The notes: generated by a model from the letters alone, not told the origin. Shown: positions 23,015-37,163, counted from the first letter of the whole stretch. The stretch is DNA of 63,021 nucleotides, filler included, from Asterionella formosa (GCA_002256025.1; 10 parts of 10 records of this genome joined end to end with filler, not necessarily neighbours in it); one strand, 5' to 3'. Program-made: numbers and translations.

Positions 23015-25200
23015 TATTGCATCAATTCTCAGACAAGGGCCTTTCCTTCCGATGGTTTCGTCGGCAGATAACAAGATTAGGATGCTATGACTGCGTTTAT
23101 GGGGTTAAATGAGAAACGATCACAGTCATCATCACTTCAGTTCTACCGGACAAAGTACCAGGATTCTGTGTACCTGGTACCTCCAGTGGACAATCGTCCT
23201 GTATTTGAGAATATAATCAAACTGTTTATCATCAAGACCAAAACGGTGAAGCTACTTAGAGATTTCGGTTAAGTTATAGTGAAGATCACCTTCACGGCGT
23301 TCTACCGGACGATTGTCCGTTGCTAGAGCGCAGTATCATCCTATCAAAGGCTAAATTAATTTATGGAATCCTGTGTTGTGTACACGGATCAGTTTTTCGT
23401 TTTTTTCAAGTGTATTTGAAAGAATTTTGAGACATGCATCACGATCAACACACTTACACGCCATGGCGTCATTGTTCCATCATTTCATTGCTGCAAGACT
23501 TGATGGCTGCCCACATTTATCATTCTTTTGGCAAATGCTTATTGCGCTTGGTAGGCCTACTTGCAAGAAGTCATTGAATAGTTGATGCAGGTTGAAATGC
23601 ACAAACTAAGCAAGTTAAGTAGTACAGCATGTTTCGTATTATTAAAATAAATGTTCATTCTTTTATTTTTTGATTTGCTACCACTATATTATTTCCTTTT
23701 GTCACAAAACTTTCCCTTCCTTCCATCAGAACCACAAAAATTGGCTTTACTCACCAGAGCCAAGTTTAATGCATGTTTGACAGCTTATCATTCCAACCTT
23801 CCCTTCCTCTAACAAAACTCAACTCGCTCAATTAGAATTTGATTTTGTTAATGACTCTGTCAGCGAACTCAAATACATTTCACTCTCCACATGTGTTAAC
23901 ATATTTTGTTATGATTATAGAATCAACATCTCAATACCAGCTATGTTGGTTTTCGTTTTAACAAGTGGATGCAACTCAAATTGTATTGCATTCCTCCAGT
24001 TGAACTGGCTGTCTGTGGACCAACACCATATCTTGTTTCAAATCCATGAATTAATCAACTTCTTCATGACGATGAAATTATCCTACAAATCAAAAATGAT
24101 AGTATGGTATATGGTACATTTGTACTCCCCCGTTTGTAGGCAAGTCTTTCATTTTGCTCAAAACAATATGTTTCATTGAGTTGACCTCTCAGCAGACCCA
24201 AACCGAGCCTCACTCTCAACATGAGTCATTGGCTTTCATGTTATTACCCTTGATAATTCAAACCAACAAAGCTGTTTTAAACCTAGTCGAGGCAGACCTA
24301 ATTATTTTTTTCGGTTCCACTCTCAGTAGACCCAAATCGATTTTTGCTTTCCATATGAATCATCACTAGTCTTCATCATATAATGACATATTTTCCTGTA
24401 CAACAAACAGTATGTATTCACTATTCGAACAAGTCGACACAAACCTGACCGAACTGTTTGTTTTCGATTGAATTCTCACTGGATCTAATTTGAATTTCTC
24501 TTTCCAGCCCATGTGAAATATTATTCTTTGTCATGGTGATACTTTGTTAAACAAAGCTGGACGAAAGTTGAATTGATTGTTTACATAATCTGTCAGCTAG
24601 TAACACCAAATTAGTTTTCTCTTGTTTACTTCCAGACCATGTGAATTCTTCTTCATTGTGACCCTAGATCTTCTCCATGCTGGTCCTTGTTCATACAATT
24701 TGTTCTTCATGATGACCTAATTACCTAGCAAATCAAAACAGTAAATTTTGAATTTTTTGTACTTTTTGGTGCCAGTTAAATCTTAGCAGACCAAAATTTT
24801 TCGATCTGAATTGCTAATTATTGTCAAGATGTGACATCATATCAAACACCACCTCGAAATAGCAAAACATAGGCACTACTAGCTAGTAACTCAAAATGCT
24901 AGTCACATCGTGCATTGCCTGTACTATGTATACTGGGTGAACCGTACAAATTCATGCACGATTTCATACATGCATTGTGTATTTGTAATTTGTTGCCNNN
25001 NNNNNNNNNNNNNNNNNNNNNNNNNNNNNNNNNNNNNNNNNTTAATTAATTAANNNNNNNNNNNNNNNNNNNNNNNNNNNNNNNNNNNNNNNNNNNNAGC
25101 ATTTCCTTCCACCATGATGACCTCTTGAGTTTTTTCGACGGTGCTTTGTATTAATCCAGTATATGTTTGTTTGGAGAATACGGTATACCATCAGGTACCA

Positions 25201-26096
25201 GGGAGGTACGGGAAACTCCGTACTACCTCGCTACGTGGAAAATTCCTTTTGTGTATCGTGCACAGACCTCGCTTTTTTCTTCAAAGATGTTGCAAAATTC
25301 TAGTCGCGCGTTATTCTGCGAAGTTCGCGTACTTCTTGAAAAGTACGCGCGACTACCATTTCGTCGAATCGAGTTTGAGCTCTGATCAGGCATTAAACAT
25401 CCACGGGCAATAACATTGCTCATAAACAGTTTACCGGTGTCCGCTACCGGTACCAGTTACCGGTACCGATACCTGGTACGGAGTACCTGGTGCCAGGTGG
25501 AGTACCGGTATTCCGTTTCTAATCATTTAACCCTCTACCGGTATCTGTAGTTACCCTGGTACCTGGTACCAAGTACCAGGTACCAGTTGTACCTGATACC
25601 ATCAGGGTACATATCGGCACCTTGGTGTAACTTAACGTGCCGGTATGCGGATGATAATATGCCGGTAGTTTCAGAACCGAACGTATCCCCTACAACCTGG
25701 TATGTACTGAGTCCTGAGTATGTTCGATTTTGTGTAGATAGAAAACCATAGATCCTATATAGCACGGAATTATGTTCGAGGAATAAAATATACCGGCAAT
25801 ACACATTACTGGTACTTCTTATTTTTGATACTCGTTGACACACCATGCTCAATGCATCGTTCTTGGTTTCAAAAAAGCAGTCATAATCCATTTGACCAGT
25901 GGATATTAATGACAAACAATTGACGGAGATCGAACGAAAAGACCGCAAAAGAATGAAAAACCCGGATATATGACGTTTTTCTGCGTGCTTCGCGTTCTTT
26001 TGCGGTCTTTTGGGAAAACGTGATGCGAGGTCGATTTTAGATAAAAAACCGTTTTTGTACGTGACTTTTCGTACTTCGGAGTTTCCGTCAACTCCC
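25201..26096. mobile_element. Non-autonomous TIR element (MULE- or hAT-like)
   Basis: Imperfect TIRs GGGAGGTACGGGAAACTCCGTACTAC vs (reverse complement) GGGAGTTGACGGAAACTCCGAAGTAC. Flanks (C)AGGTACCA / (C)AGGTACCT resemble an 8-9 bp TSD with one mismatch. No coding capacity. Confidence 0.55.
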
Positions 26097-28686
26097 AGGT
26101 ACCTTGCACTATATCTGTTCGCAGCTGTGGTTTCGCGATGGTAAACTATTATATATAGAGTATAAGAGACTGTCCATATAATATATGTTATACTTGTCAA
26201 ATCACAGTATTATGATGTAACAATAGGGCCATAACACGAGATAAGACAATAGTGACTTAAGGATAATATGTTTAGTAATTTCGATTTGAAATTTGAGGGG
26301 TGATCATTGAAGGCCCCACCGTGCAGAATGCAAGGACCAAAAACACAAAATTTTTGCCCGACATTGACGCAGAAGGAAGAAGGCAAGAAGGAGTTTCTAA
26401 GACAGTAAGGAATATGGAGGAATAAAGTTGTGTCGCTGGCCGCTATTCAAACGATGGAAAACTTCAGCTGTTTTGGGCCTTGTTGAGGAAACAGGAAATC
26501 CAAAATGATGACAGAGCGCATGAAATTTTCAGGTTCGACGCGGTTGTTATCTGCCATTGGAATATTTCTTGCTGCCATCGAGCCAAAGTTTGTGTCGAGT
26601 TTCAAATCACCACTNNNNNNNNNNNNNNNNNNNNNNNNNNNNNNNNNNNNNNNNNNNNTTAATTAATTAANNNNNNNNNNNNNNNNNNNNNNNNNNNNNN
26701 NNNNNNNNNNNNNNCTGTTCGCACTACATGTTATGGCTTCACTTTTCTCGTCACATGAAAGAGCACTTGTCGTGAGTACCTGTAGATACTGGACGCGCTT
26801 CGAAATCGCTAGTTGATGAGTTTCTTGCCAAGACTCAGGAAGGAAGGAATTCAAGCTCCTACGACAAGTGCGACTGTGCCGAATTCTCGCTATAGGAAAA
26901 ACAGCAATGAATCTCGGAACTGATTGATCGGAAACGAAGCTGTGGGAACACACTTCGTCATCTGCAAGAGAAGGAAACCAATCATTCTCCCTAACAAGAA
27001 ACACAAATGTAATTATTGCTGCGCAGTCAACTACCGGAACATACAAGTGACAGAGCCTATAGCAACTCTGGCGGACTTGATCTGCCAATTCATTGGAATC
27101 TGGGTGATCAAGCAGAGAACACCTTGGCAACACAGTATGCTGTTTCTGATAAATAGCAAGCGGGTTCGTCTATATATTAATTGTGTCAACATGGAATTAT
27201 TTACGAAATTCTATTCTCAACCTAATGCTGACAGAGAAAGTCAAAAGCTGGTAATTTATTGCAGACTGAAACTCGGAACCAAGCTCAAAGTAGATTAATT
27301 CATGAAACTACCGGTAGTTTAACCAATAAATTTTGTTTCCAAGTATATTTGTGGTCATAACAAATCAATAGTTCTGTTTGCAATCATATAAAATGACGAA
27401 TGGTCTTCTACATTGTTGATTTATAATTTCTTATGCAATTTTGAAGATATATCTATATTTCCTTTTCTATTCCATCGTTGGTACAATGATATCTTAGACC
27501 GCAAAAGCGCAGCGACTCCTTTGCCATTTTGATGGAGAAATAGCTGATTATCGACATGGTCAATGTGTTGACGACAACATGTTGACGAGTCTCTCAATAC
27601 CTGGTACCAGGGGCTAGTAGCATGTACCGCACAGGCTCCGTAAGATGATGTGATATTTGTTATTATATTCCGGTTCTTATTTTTATTTAGGGCCGTTCTT
27701 ATCATTCTGTTATTTGTTGTCATTGGTGTATCATCGCCGAAATATGATACAAAAATGGCGGTTTGGTTTTTTTTTGTGTATCACCAACGGTTTTTTTGGT
27801 CTGATCACCGGTGTATCATGGGTGTATCACTGATACAGTTTTTGGACCCCTGACCAATGCTGTATCACTGATCAAGCCGTTGATCACTGTGTATCACGTC
27901 CGTTGCCACTGATAAAATAACTGTAAATACGCAAGCACAACACTATTAAATATTGCGCCAACTATTTTTTGTTATATATATACTACGGTACTCTGTATAC
28001 ATTTCCTTTCAGCTTCGTGAGTCATACAAGAATCAGTAGTCCGCTCATCTCTATACCAATCTTCCAACATCGACTATATCTCGATTAATTGGCGCAATGA
28101 GCAGCAAAGTAGTGGGTACGGCTGAAACTTCTGATGCTGCCTCTATTCGCATTGATTCGGAAGAGAAGCAATGCGTTGTAGCTGATGAGGACGTCGAAGA
28201 TATTGTTGAGTTGTCTACTGCTGATCCAACNNNNNNNNNNNNNNNNNNNNNNNNNNNNNNNNNNNNNNNNNNNNTTAATTAATTAANNNNNNNNNNNNNN
28301 NNNNNNNNNNNNNNNNNNNNNNNNNNNNNNCATGATGCTCCATACATGATACCGGTACCTGGTACCAGGAACCAGGTACAATAGATGTACAGTACCTGGA
28401 GTATCAGTTTTGTGCACAGCCATGAGTACATCTTAATTGGTACCAGGTACCAGGTACTCCGTACCAATTAAAACGGTCTGCTTACATAGATACTGGTATT
28501 ACACGGCTGGACCGGGTTTCATCGATTTTTATTTACTGAATTATTGTTGACAAGGTTATGGATAAGACACAAAATGCGAGAAATTTATATTCATTGTTGA
28601 GATAATCCGTGCTTTTCACTTTTTTTTCCTATCGCCACTTTTGACATAATTAACGAAAGATCGACGTCCAATCGGTTGAGAACTAA

Positions 28687-29846
28687 GAGCATCGCCACCG
28701 CATCGACCAAATACCAATCCAATTGAAGTTGCGGGTCATTACACGTCGTGATGCGTTGTGTTGGTCGAAAAAGCAAAAATATTTTAGCCACTGCATCCAC
28801 CAAGACCAAATATGCTTTGGTCTCAATCGAGGATGACCCCCTTATCGACCAAATATCAGGTATTTGGTCGATTAGACTCCGACCGTAGCCAAATAAAAGG
28901 AGTATTTCTATTGGTTTAGATTGTGGCTCGCGCCAGCAACCTAACGTTTATAGTTCAATGAGTGCATACATAATTACAGTACATTCACTATTGTCTCTTC
29001 ATGTACTAGAACTCTATAGGCCAATGTGATCTTGGTGTGGTGTATACATCATATTGAGTCAACATCATAAAACAACAATCATCATTGTCAGGATGGGTTC
29101 CGGTGTCACGTGGGAGAAGGAAGAGGACGAAGCACTCTCTCGGGCCTGGGTAGCTGCAAGTGAAGACGCAATCACTGGGACTGGTCAGAAAGCAAGCAAG
29201 TTTTGGAGCAGGGTATTCGAGATTTATGTTGAGCTTATCCCAGATGGGAAGGATCGCACCTCAACAGCGTGCACTGCTCGATGGGGAACAATCAATCAAG
29301 ATGTGACAAAGTTTTGCGGCCTCTATTCACAGGTTACGTCCATTGCTAAGTCAGGATGGACAGACGACAACTATCTTGAAGAAGCCAGGGAACTATTTAA
29401 ATTAGAGGGAAAAGGAAGGAAAATGGGTAGAGAATTCCTGTTCGAAGGGTGTTGGCGAATTTTGAAGGATGCCCCAAAGTGGAAGGGTGGGTGTGGATAT
29501 GTCCGAGATCAGCAGCAAATCGCAAAGAAGAGTCCTGAGTTACTAGATGTGCGTCCCATGGGGACGAAAGCAGCAAAAGATAGTAAGCTGCTCGCAAATG
29601 CTCAGCTTGTCATTGAACAAAAACACGTGCAGATGTTGGAAAGAAAGGTGAAGACGCAACGTGATGAATTTTTGTTTAAGATTTTCTCTCTTAATATTAA
29701 TTCAGAGGAAGCTAAAAGGTGGTTTGCTATGAAGGCTCAAGAAGCTATGGAGGAGATGGAGGATAGTTCAAAACCATCACGCAAAAAAACAAAGACCGGT
29801 TCTTTGGAGTCAGGCAGTTCAGTTGAAATAGATATTTCAACTTCTC
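28687..29846 (-). mobile_element. Second Harbinger family copy (Myb-side end), cut by an assembly gap
   Basis: TAA at 28684-28686, then TIR GAGCATCGCCACCGCATCGACCAAATACCAA. Subterminal region is the reverse complement of about 9005-9179. Confidence 0.88.
29093..29846 (+). CDS. Harbinger Myb/SANT-like accessory protein, open until the gap
   Basis: MGSGVTWEKEEDEALSRAWVAASED..KFWSRV..RWGTIN..FEGCWRILKDAPKW..RPMGTKAAK. Confidence 0.85.
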
Positions 29847-30003
29847 NNNNNNNNNNNNNNNNNNNNNNNNNNNNNNNNNNNNNNNNNNNNTTAATTAATT
29901 AANNNNNNNNNNNNNNNNNNNNNNNNNNNNNNNNNNNNNNNNNNNNTACCATCAAGAGAGCGAAAGCAAGTGGCTCTTTTCATTGTTGTTTGCTCGTAGG
30001 AAG

Positions 30004-31005
30004 AATTTGATATCTGTATCGTCATTTGCTTGTTGGAATGGTCCGTTGCCTCAAACTTGCTTGGCGTGTGCGTTCACACACTGTCGACTTGTTTTCAATG
30101 GTATGATGTTCTTGTATTCACTGTTGAACTTGTCCGCATCAACTTGTTACCAAGACATCATAGAATATAAATCAAGCAATCATAAAGTATGTTAATTAAT
30201 ATATATGTTTGTCGTTTAATGTATACAGTTTTTGCTTGTTGGAATGGTCCGTTGCCTCAAACTTGCTTGCCGTGTGCGTGCACACACTGTCGACTTGTTT
30301 TCATTGGTATGTTGTTCTTGTATTCACTGTTGAACTTGTCCGCATCTTTGTAAACATCAATAGAGCGACAAGTGGGTCTCTTCATTGTTGTTTGCTCCTG
30401 GAAAAGTCTGTGTCCGTGTCTGTGTCCGTGTCTGTGTCTGTGTCCGTGTCCGTGTCATCCTCATCAATAGAGAGACAAGTTCTTTCGTTGGAAAAATTGG
30501 TACCGTATCATCATTCGCTCGTTCGAACCACTGTCCGTTGCCTCAAACCTGATTAGCGTTTGAGTACCGGTACCCGGTATGTGCACTGTCGACTTTAGTA
30601 CATTACAGGCGGAGTGACTTCGCTACTAAATTGCGTGATATAATAATATACCCTGTAGCACGATGCAGAATACAGTTGCTTCCCAATCATCTCATCATGA
30701 TTGATAAGATGATACTGTGATATCATGATAAGGTTACATCGATTCATACATCACCAAAGTATGATACGTAATAATGAATAAAGTACATCACAGAACTATG
30801 ATACACTGATCATAAAATTATGATGATTTTATAAAATATTTATGATATAATTTTGATCAAAAAATGATTATGTTAAAATAATACAATGATAATAAAATAC
30901 GATAAAATATGTACGCAAGTGTTACCAAGACATCATAGAAAATAAATCAAGCAATCATAAAGTATGTTAATTAATATATGTGTTTGTCGTTTAATGTATA
31001 CAGTT
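30004..31005 (+). repeat. Local duplications and a (GTGTCC/GTGTCT)n microsatellite
   Basis: About 30027-30140 matches 30233-30347. An 86-bp direct repeat at 30145-30230 and 30920-31005. Hexamer run at about 30406-30455. Confidence 0.8.
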
Positions 31006-31563
31006 AAAGTCAACAGTTAATAAGATAGTATTATACAGTGGATAGGATCTAAGTATACGGATGCATTGATATGTACATCACTATAATATGATTTGTGATA
31101 TGGATTGATGCATATCACATACCGGTATCCTCAACAGCCAGCCATCACATTCATTGTCGTGTCTTTCCTTGTTTTAGCTATATACCAGTGTATGCGAGCA
31201 TGTGTATTGTGTAAACACTACGCTGGCGGAACATGCATATTACACTGTGCTCTGTTCAACAAGGAATTGTAGCAACTGTTGGTCAGTCAATAGGAGAAAT
31301 CACTGGAGAAAGAGATGTAATAGGACCCTCTGTGATTGGGCTAGGAGAAGAGACTGGAGAAACAGAAGAAACTGGGGGTGCATCAGGAGGAAGTGTAGCA
31401 AGTGTTGGCAGATCAGTAGGGGAAATCACTGGAGAAACAGATGTAATAGGACCCACTGTGATTNNNNNNNNNNNNNNNNNNNNNNNNNNNNNNNNNNNNN
31501 NNNNNNNTTAATTAATTAANNNNNNNNNNNNNNNNNNNNNNNNNNNNNNNNNNNNNNNNNNNN

Positions 31564-33080
31564 CAGTAGTCGTTTATCCTCAACATCCTCCCTCCAACAT
31601 TCAAGATTCCCATTTCTTATCCTTGCTGCATGCTTTGTGTGCAACTTCTCTGGACAGTTCTTGCTAAGTATGTCAGCTGAGTTCTCTTCCGATTGTACAA
31701 AATGTACCATCAAATATCCTTGATCTTCAAGTTCTCGGATGAAATGTGCCCTTACATCAATATGTTTTGTCCGTGCACCCACATGTTGGTTCTTTACCAA
31801 ATAGATAGCTCCTAAATTGTCTTTGTATACACGCCCAACCAATTTCTCCTCTTTTGGATATTGCATCACTTCTTCAAGTAGCATGGATATGAACTTGTTC
31901 TCACATGCTCCTTTTGCCAAACTGATATACTCCGCTTCTGTGCTTGACAATGTAACTACATGTTGTGTCTTTGACTCCCAGTTCACCAATGTACCACCGA
32001 TTGTATGTAGACCAGACAAAACGCTCTTCCTGTTATCAATATTCTTTGCATAGTCTGAGTCCACAAAAGATATAGGCCTCAGCTCCTTTGGGCTCCGATA
32101 TGTCAACCCATCATAGTATCTTGCTTTAATGTGTCCAACCAGTCTTTCAAGTGCTTTCCAGTGCTCCTTGCCTGGGTTTGACAGATGTTGTGCCAACTCT
32201 CGTGCAGGGTTTGCCAAATCTGGTGCCAACTTTGTCATCAAATACATTACTTTTCCAACCATTGAACGATATTCCGACATTTTTACTGGTTCTCCTTGAT
32301 TCTTCCTGAGAAACTTGTTTGGATATCCTGGTGTCTCTGTCTCCTTAACATTCTTCCCAATTATATTTTCGAATGACTCAACAATTTCATCCTCCAACTT
32401 TGTCATACTACCCACAATGTAGATTTCACCATTTTTATCAGTTTTCCATTCATACCATACGCCAAGATGCTTCTTCAATCTTCCCAAATCCGAAATATTA
32501 AACCTCTTCTGTATTTCTAACTTGAACTTTTCAATTTTTGTCTTTCTTCCAATCAATAAAACATCATCAACATGTACCACAGCCATCAGAATGACTTCAT
32601 CCACTTTACTCTTCCAGTAATATAAACATGGATCCACCAAGCTCTGATTCATCTTCATTTCCTTTGTTAAGTATTTGCACAGTGTCTTCATAAAAAGTCT
32701 TGGGACATCGACTCCACCATACATGGCTCTTGTCAGTTTGATGCAAAACTCCTTCTTTTCTTCTTCTGTGATAAATCCAAGTTCCACCATGCCTTCTGGC
32801 CATTCTGCATACACTGGCCTATCTGATTCAAGTTCTGCATTTAAGAATGCTGCTTTGATGTCTATCATCTCAATTGTCCATTCTTCATTCTGGCGATATA
32901 AAGCCATAGCAATTGCTGTTCTGACTGTTGTATCTGTTGCGACTGGCGAAAAGGACTCCGTGTAGTCCACTCCTGGGACCATCACATAGCCCTTCAGCAC
33001 AATCCTGCTCTAGAACCTTTTTGAACCATCTTGTTCCTCCTTCACCTTGAATATCCATTTCACAGGTATGGGCTTACGAT
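31564..33080 (-). mobile_element. Second Copia family: RT-RNase H, PPT and start of the 3' LTR, between gaps
   Basis: GVDYTESFSPVA, VHVDDVLL, FVDSDYA, SSTEAEY, KHIDVRAHFIRE, ADILSKN. PPT GGAGGGAGGA (31595-31586) then TGTTGAGG. One in-frame stop near 33010. Confidence 0.92.
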
Positions 33081-33180
33081 NNNNNNNNNNNNNNNNNNNN
33101 NNNNNNNNNNNNNNNNNNNNNNNNTTAATTAATTAANNNNNNNNNNNNNNNNNNNNNNNNNNNNNNNNNNNNNNNNNNNN

Positions 33181-33365
33181 CCCAAAAGGGAATACAAAAT
33201 CAACCGTCAGTGCAACCGGGTTGATTTTTTCTTTGTTGTACAGTACTGTACTTTTACCCTGATCAAGTGCGGAAAAATACCGTCAAGGTATTTTTCCATT
33301 CTCAGTAGAACTATACTTGAGGCCTACAGAAAAATACAACTTGGGTTGATTTTTACAAGTAATAC
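33181..33365 (+). repeat. About 210-bp MITE-like dispersed repeat, copy 1 (5' end in gap)
   Basis: Near-identical to 58489-58672 and reverse-homologous to 62621-62829. Confidence 0.8.
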
Positions 33366-33580
33366 CCTGGTACTCCTACCAGGTACCCTGGTAACAGGTG
33401 GCCGAGCACCACGAGACGAAGATGACAATCATTTTGAAGTATAGCAAAAGTCGTCCGTGCTATCGCCTTGTGCTATTGCTTGAAGCTAACTCGTTCGTCG
33501 TCTTCACCTCTGCGAATAGGGAGACTATCCATTTTGTTTGCCCGCGAAACAACAGATCTGAAAACTAAAATCGCACGAAA

Positions 33581-33954
33581 ATGGAAGGAGTTCAAAATCT
33601 ACCACCCCATCAGCAGCAGGCTTTCATGAAGAACCTCGAGCAGATGCAAATAAAGGACAGTCTCAAGTATGTATATTTGATGAAGGTTGCTGTTTGCGAA
33701 AGTTTTACTATCCTACTAACAGATTTCGTCGCTTCACTGCATTCGACAGTATGTACAATTCTTTGGTCGAGAGGTGTTTTGATTCATGCGTCACGTCATT
33801 TAGATCAAAGACAATTGACAAAACCGAAACAGTTTGTGTCGAAAATTGTGCTGCTCGATATGTAAAAATGACTCAACGTGTGGGACTGAGATTCGCGGAA
33901 CACCAGGCCATGCAACAGAAACGGGCGGCGGATGCTGCTTCATCTGGGAAATAG
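33581..33954 (+). CDS. TIM9: Mitochondrial small Tim chaperone Tim9, spliced
   Basis: Intron 33667-33749 (GTATGT..TACTAAC..GACAG). QIKDSLNMYNSLVERCFDSCV..CVENCAARY..QRVGLRFAE, twin CX3C. Confidence 0.92.
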
Positions 33955-35207
33955 ATCCCTTCCATTAGGTAAACTGGCAAGTTTGACATGCGTTTGTATT
34001 TCAACGACAACAAGAAGGTGGATTTGGACGTTGAGATCCCAATCTCAACCGAATCCGTTTCTTCTCAGTCCTCAATTACGTTTTATTAATGCATATCTGT
34101 AAGACAAATTGATTCTCAGAAACAGATCCAGTTTTGGCTTTACCCAGATGTCTGATTGTCTGACTAGGTATTCATTATCTCACAAGTCACTATCAGGTTG
34201 GCGAGTTGTGACGATTTGCTCTTGCTCCTTTCTTTACTAGCTTTTTTGGGTCAATGCTCTTGTTAGGAACTTCCACTTTATCTAATTGATGCAGGAGAAA
34301 CTGGAAACTTTCTTTTGCCTTCGTTGGCAGTGAAGTCACAATCTATCTTATTTCCAGCAGAAATCAATTCAATTCTTCCCTTAATTTTTTCATCATGTCC
34401 TTTCGTTTTGTTTGCATACCTGTAGCATCATCCCATTAACTGGAATCAATTTCATACTACTACCTGGCAACCCCTCTGGTTGAAAACAATTTTCAAGTGC
34501 CAATCATATTGTTTGTAGGAAGGATTGCAAAGAAAGCATACCATTCCCTTATGTGAGGATTGGCTTACTCAAAAATGGGAGTTTTATGGGGGGTGAGATA
34601 AATACGAGAATAAAATCTCAAACACTAATTAAGTAATTCTTTGTATATAAATTTTTGAAACAATTGAACATGTATATATCCATCAGGAATATATTGACAA
34701 TCCAATATGTGTTGAGATCTTCCAGATCTCCTTGATAGTACTTACACATCCAGTGCCCAGGAATACTAGTTCTCCACTAGCTAGTTGTTCGACAAAACTT
34801 TAATCTGCTTTTAGATTTGCCTTTTTCAATGTTGTGATTACTTTAGATTGCTTTTTCTATCAATCTAGCCAAATTACTTGGTCTTACCAAATTCATCTTG
34901 CTTCATAAACCGTACTTTCTTGGACTTTTGTTCTTCACCTCAATCCACTCTTTCTCAGTGTTGGTCGATTTTGTACAATTATTTATTCCAATCATTACAG
35001 TCTTATGAGTTAATCTTGCATGTTGGACTCCATCTGTTGGAATTGCTATTCCATTTTCGAATCCCACATATATTTTCCTGAACTGACCTTGTTCCATGGA
35101 ATTCCTCATGACTGTCGGTTGTGCAGACTGTGCAGTCATTTCAGTACTATTTTCACTATTGCTGTCTGCTAACAGTAGTCATTTATCCTCAACAAGTATG
35201 TACTTTT

Positions 35208-36342
35208 TTATTGCAGCCTGCTCTTCAAGTATTTCCAGGAAAACAAGTAAAACACCATGTCACTATGGAAATAATAACAAGAATAGAATACCATCCATTC
35301 CATAAAATAGGAATAAGAATCATTTAAGGAGACTTGGTAAGATGAATGCAGTATTAAAAGCTTGACCATTTCTTTGAAAATGTTCACAACAAAGGAACAA
35401 TGATATTGTGGAGAAACAGATGATATGTTGACAGTTTCTGGTTCAATAAAAGAACCCAGAACAAGGCAAGCAATTGGACCACAATAATTATAGCCATATT
35501 TTTGATGTATAATGAATGACTTTGAAATGATCCAGCTGTCCACATCAGTGACCATTTCAAATTGCTTTATACCAATGGAATGGAAAGATTTCTTAGAATT
35601 CCTTCCAATTAGTTTTGTTCATTTGAGCACATTGATGAAATACTGGAACCAGTCTTTTAGAGCTAGATTGAGCCCATCTTTGTTTCAAGATTACCCTCCA
35701 TCACTGCAAAGTGATCTTGACTATGAGAAAGACACAACAGTGTTACATTGTCATTCAATGTCTTGCACATATGCGGTTCTACTTTTTCCATTGGTAAGCA
35801 ACAGTGAATAGGTTTAATGCGATTAACATGGTTCTTGTGAGCAATCATTACTGAAAAACTTGATATAAAATCAGCCTCATACCACACATTGATACTCTCA
35901 CATTTAGAGTAGCATTTCTCTTTGTTTGCAGTCATTGTTCCGGCTTGCGCATTATCACTGAATGTTTTTGTTGCATTTTCATTTGCAGTTGCTGTTACGG
36001 TTTTCGCATTTGCCGTCCTTGTTCATCTTGTCTCCTTCTATGCATTCATTCTTTGGGTTTTCGTATTCGCACTCATTGTTCCTATTGTCGTTCTGTCGTT
36101 CTGTCGTTCTTTGCAGTCGGGCTTCCGGTTTCCGCATTTGTTTTTGTCTCCTTCTTTGCAGTCACTGTTCCGGTTTCCGCATTTGCAGTCATTGTTCCTG
36201 CTGCTGTGTTTTCATCATGTATCCCAAAAGCTAATGCATTGAAATGCTTACGAAATGATTCTCTCATTCTATGTGCACCACCACTGCTGATATTGGCTTT
36301 GCCATCATGAGATGAAGAATTGTATAAGAATTCGCTCAACAC
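35208..36342 (-). pseudogene. Degenerate Ulp1/C48-like cysteine protease remnant, probably TE-borne
   Basis: Fragments VWYEADFI..DHFAVME and HQKYGYNYCGPIAC resemble the His and Gln..Cys motifs. Many stops; upstream TANAETG-type repeats. Confidence 0.45.
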
Positions 36343-37163
36343 ATACTACTCTTCATCACTACTGTCAAGAACTCCTCCTGTCAAACCAGAGGAGCTTTTC
36401 TGGTGTAAGAGGTACAACGTGAACGATTGTGTACAATCAATTGATTTGGTTGTTTCATAGACTTCTCTATGTAAGATTAACTGCCAGTAGCTGCAAGTAA
36501 GCATTGATTGCTGTCACTTGCTCTTCCTCCTAGTATCTAAATAATCTAATGTATTATGCATATATATGTATTATAAATGTACTTCAATTTCCGTCAATCA
36601 TACTACATCGGTATTTCCGAGACAACAGCTAGTCACCAAGCACCAAAGGCATCTTAAAGATTTGAATCTACTTCACAACATCATCACCTCATTTTCATGT
36701 CAACAAGATGTGATTGTCAATAATAAGTACTCTGACACAATGTATTGGTGTCCAAATTTTCAACAAGCAAGTTAGCTGCAGACATAGACATATATGTACA
36801 TGAATGATGATGTTATAAATATACTCAAACAAAACATATATCATATTAATTCGTAAATCGTTACATAGAAGCGATTGATTCAAACTTTTAAATGCACTGG
36901 CTTGGCTGGTCGTGAAAAGCGAGAGGGAGTCGAGAGTGTGAATGATGTAATTTCAAGAATTGAAAATTGCAACAAATGTCATGGTTTGTTATTGTAATTT
37001 GTATTTGTCGCTCCAGAAGCACTGCTACTCTCTCATTTTTTCTAATTTTGTGTGCTGTTCGCCATTGACCATGATGTGATGCAAAGTAGCCTTATCAATG
37101 AAGTTCATTTATAACAAAGCCCCCATCAAAGAAGATGCCATTAGTGTCAAGAAGCCAAAATTT

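Noticed and set aside
25041..25052. TTAATTAATTAA recurring inside N runs (also at 26659, 28275, 29891, 31508, 33125, 58216, 59833, 61450)
   Set aside because: Artificial six-frame stop linker added during scaffolding; not biological.
25535..26200. 221-aa ORF and other YQVPGT/YLVPG-containing ORFs
   Set aside because: Spurious translations of the GGTACC arrays and non-coding TE DNA.
31263..31463. Pro/Ser/Thr repeat coding fragment on the minus strand
   Set aside because: Cut by a gap and interrupted by a stop codon; no gene model can be supported.
33581..33954. Functional link between TIM9 (a disulfide-relay substrate) and the QSOX cluster
   Set aside because: Different compartments (mitochondrial intermembrane space versus secretory pathway), and about 10 kb with several gaps between them; probably coincidence.
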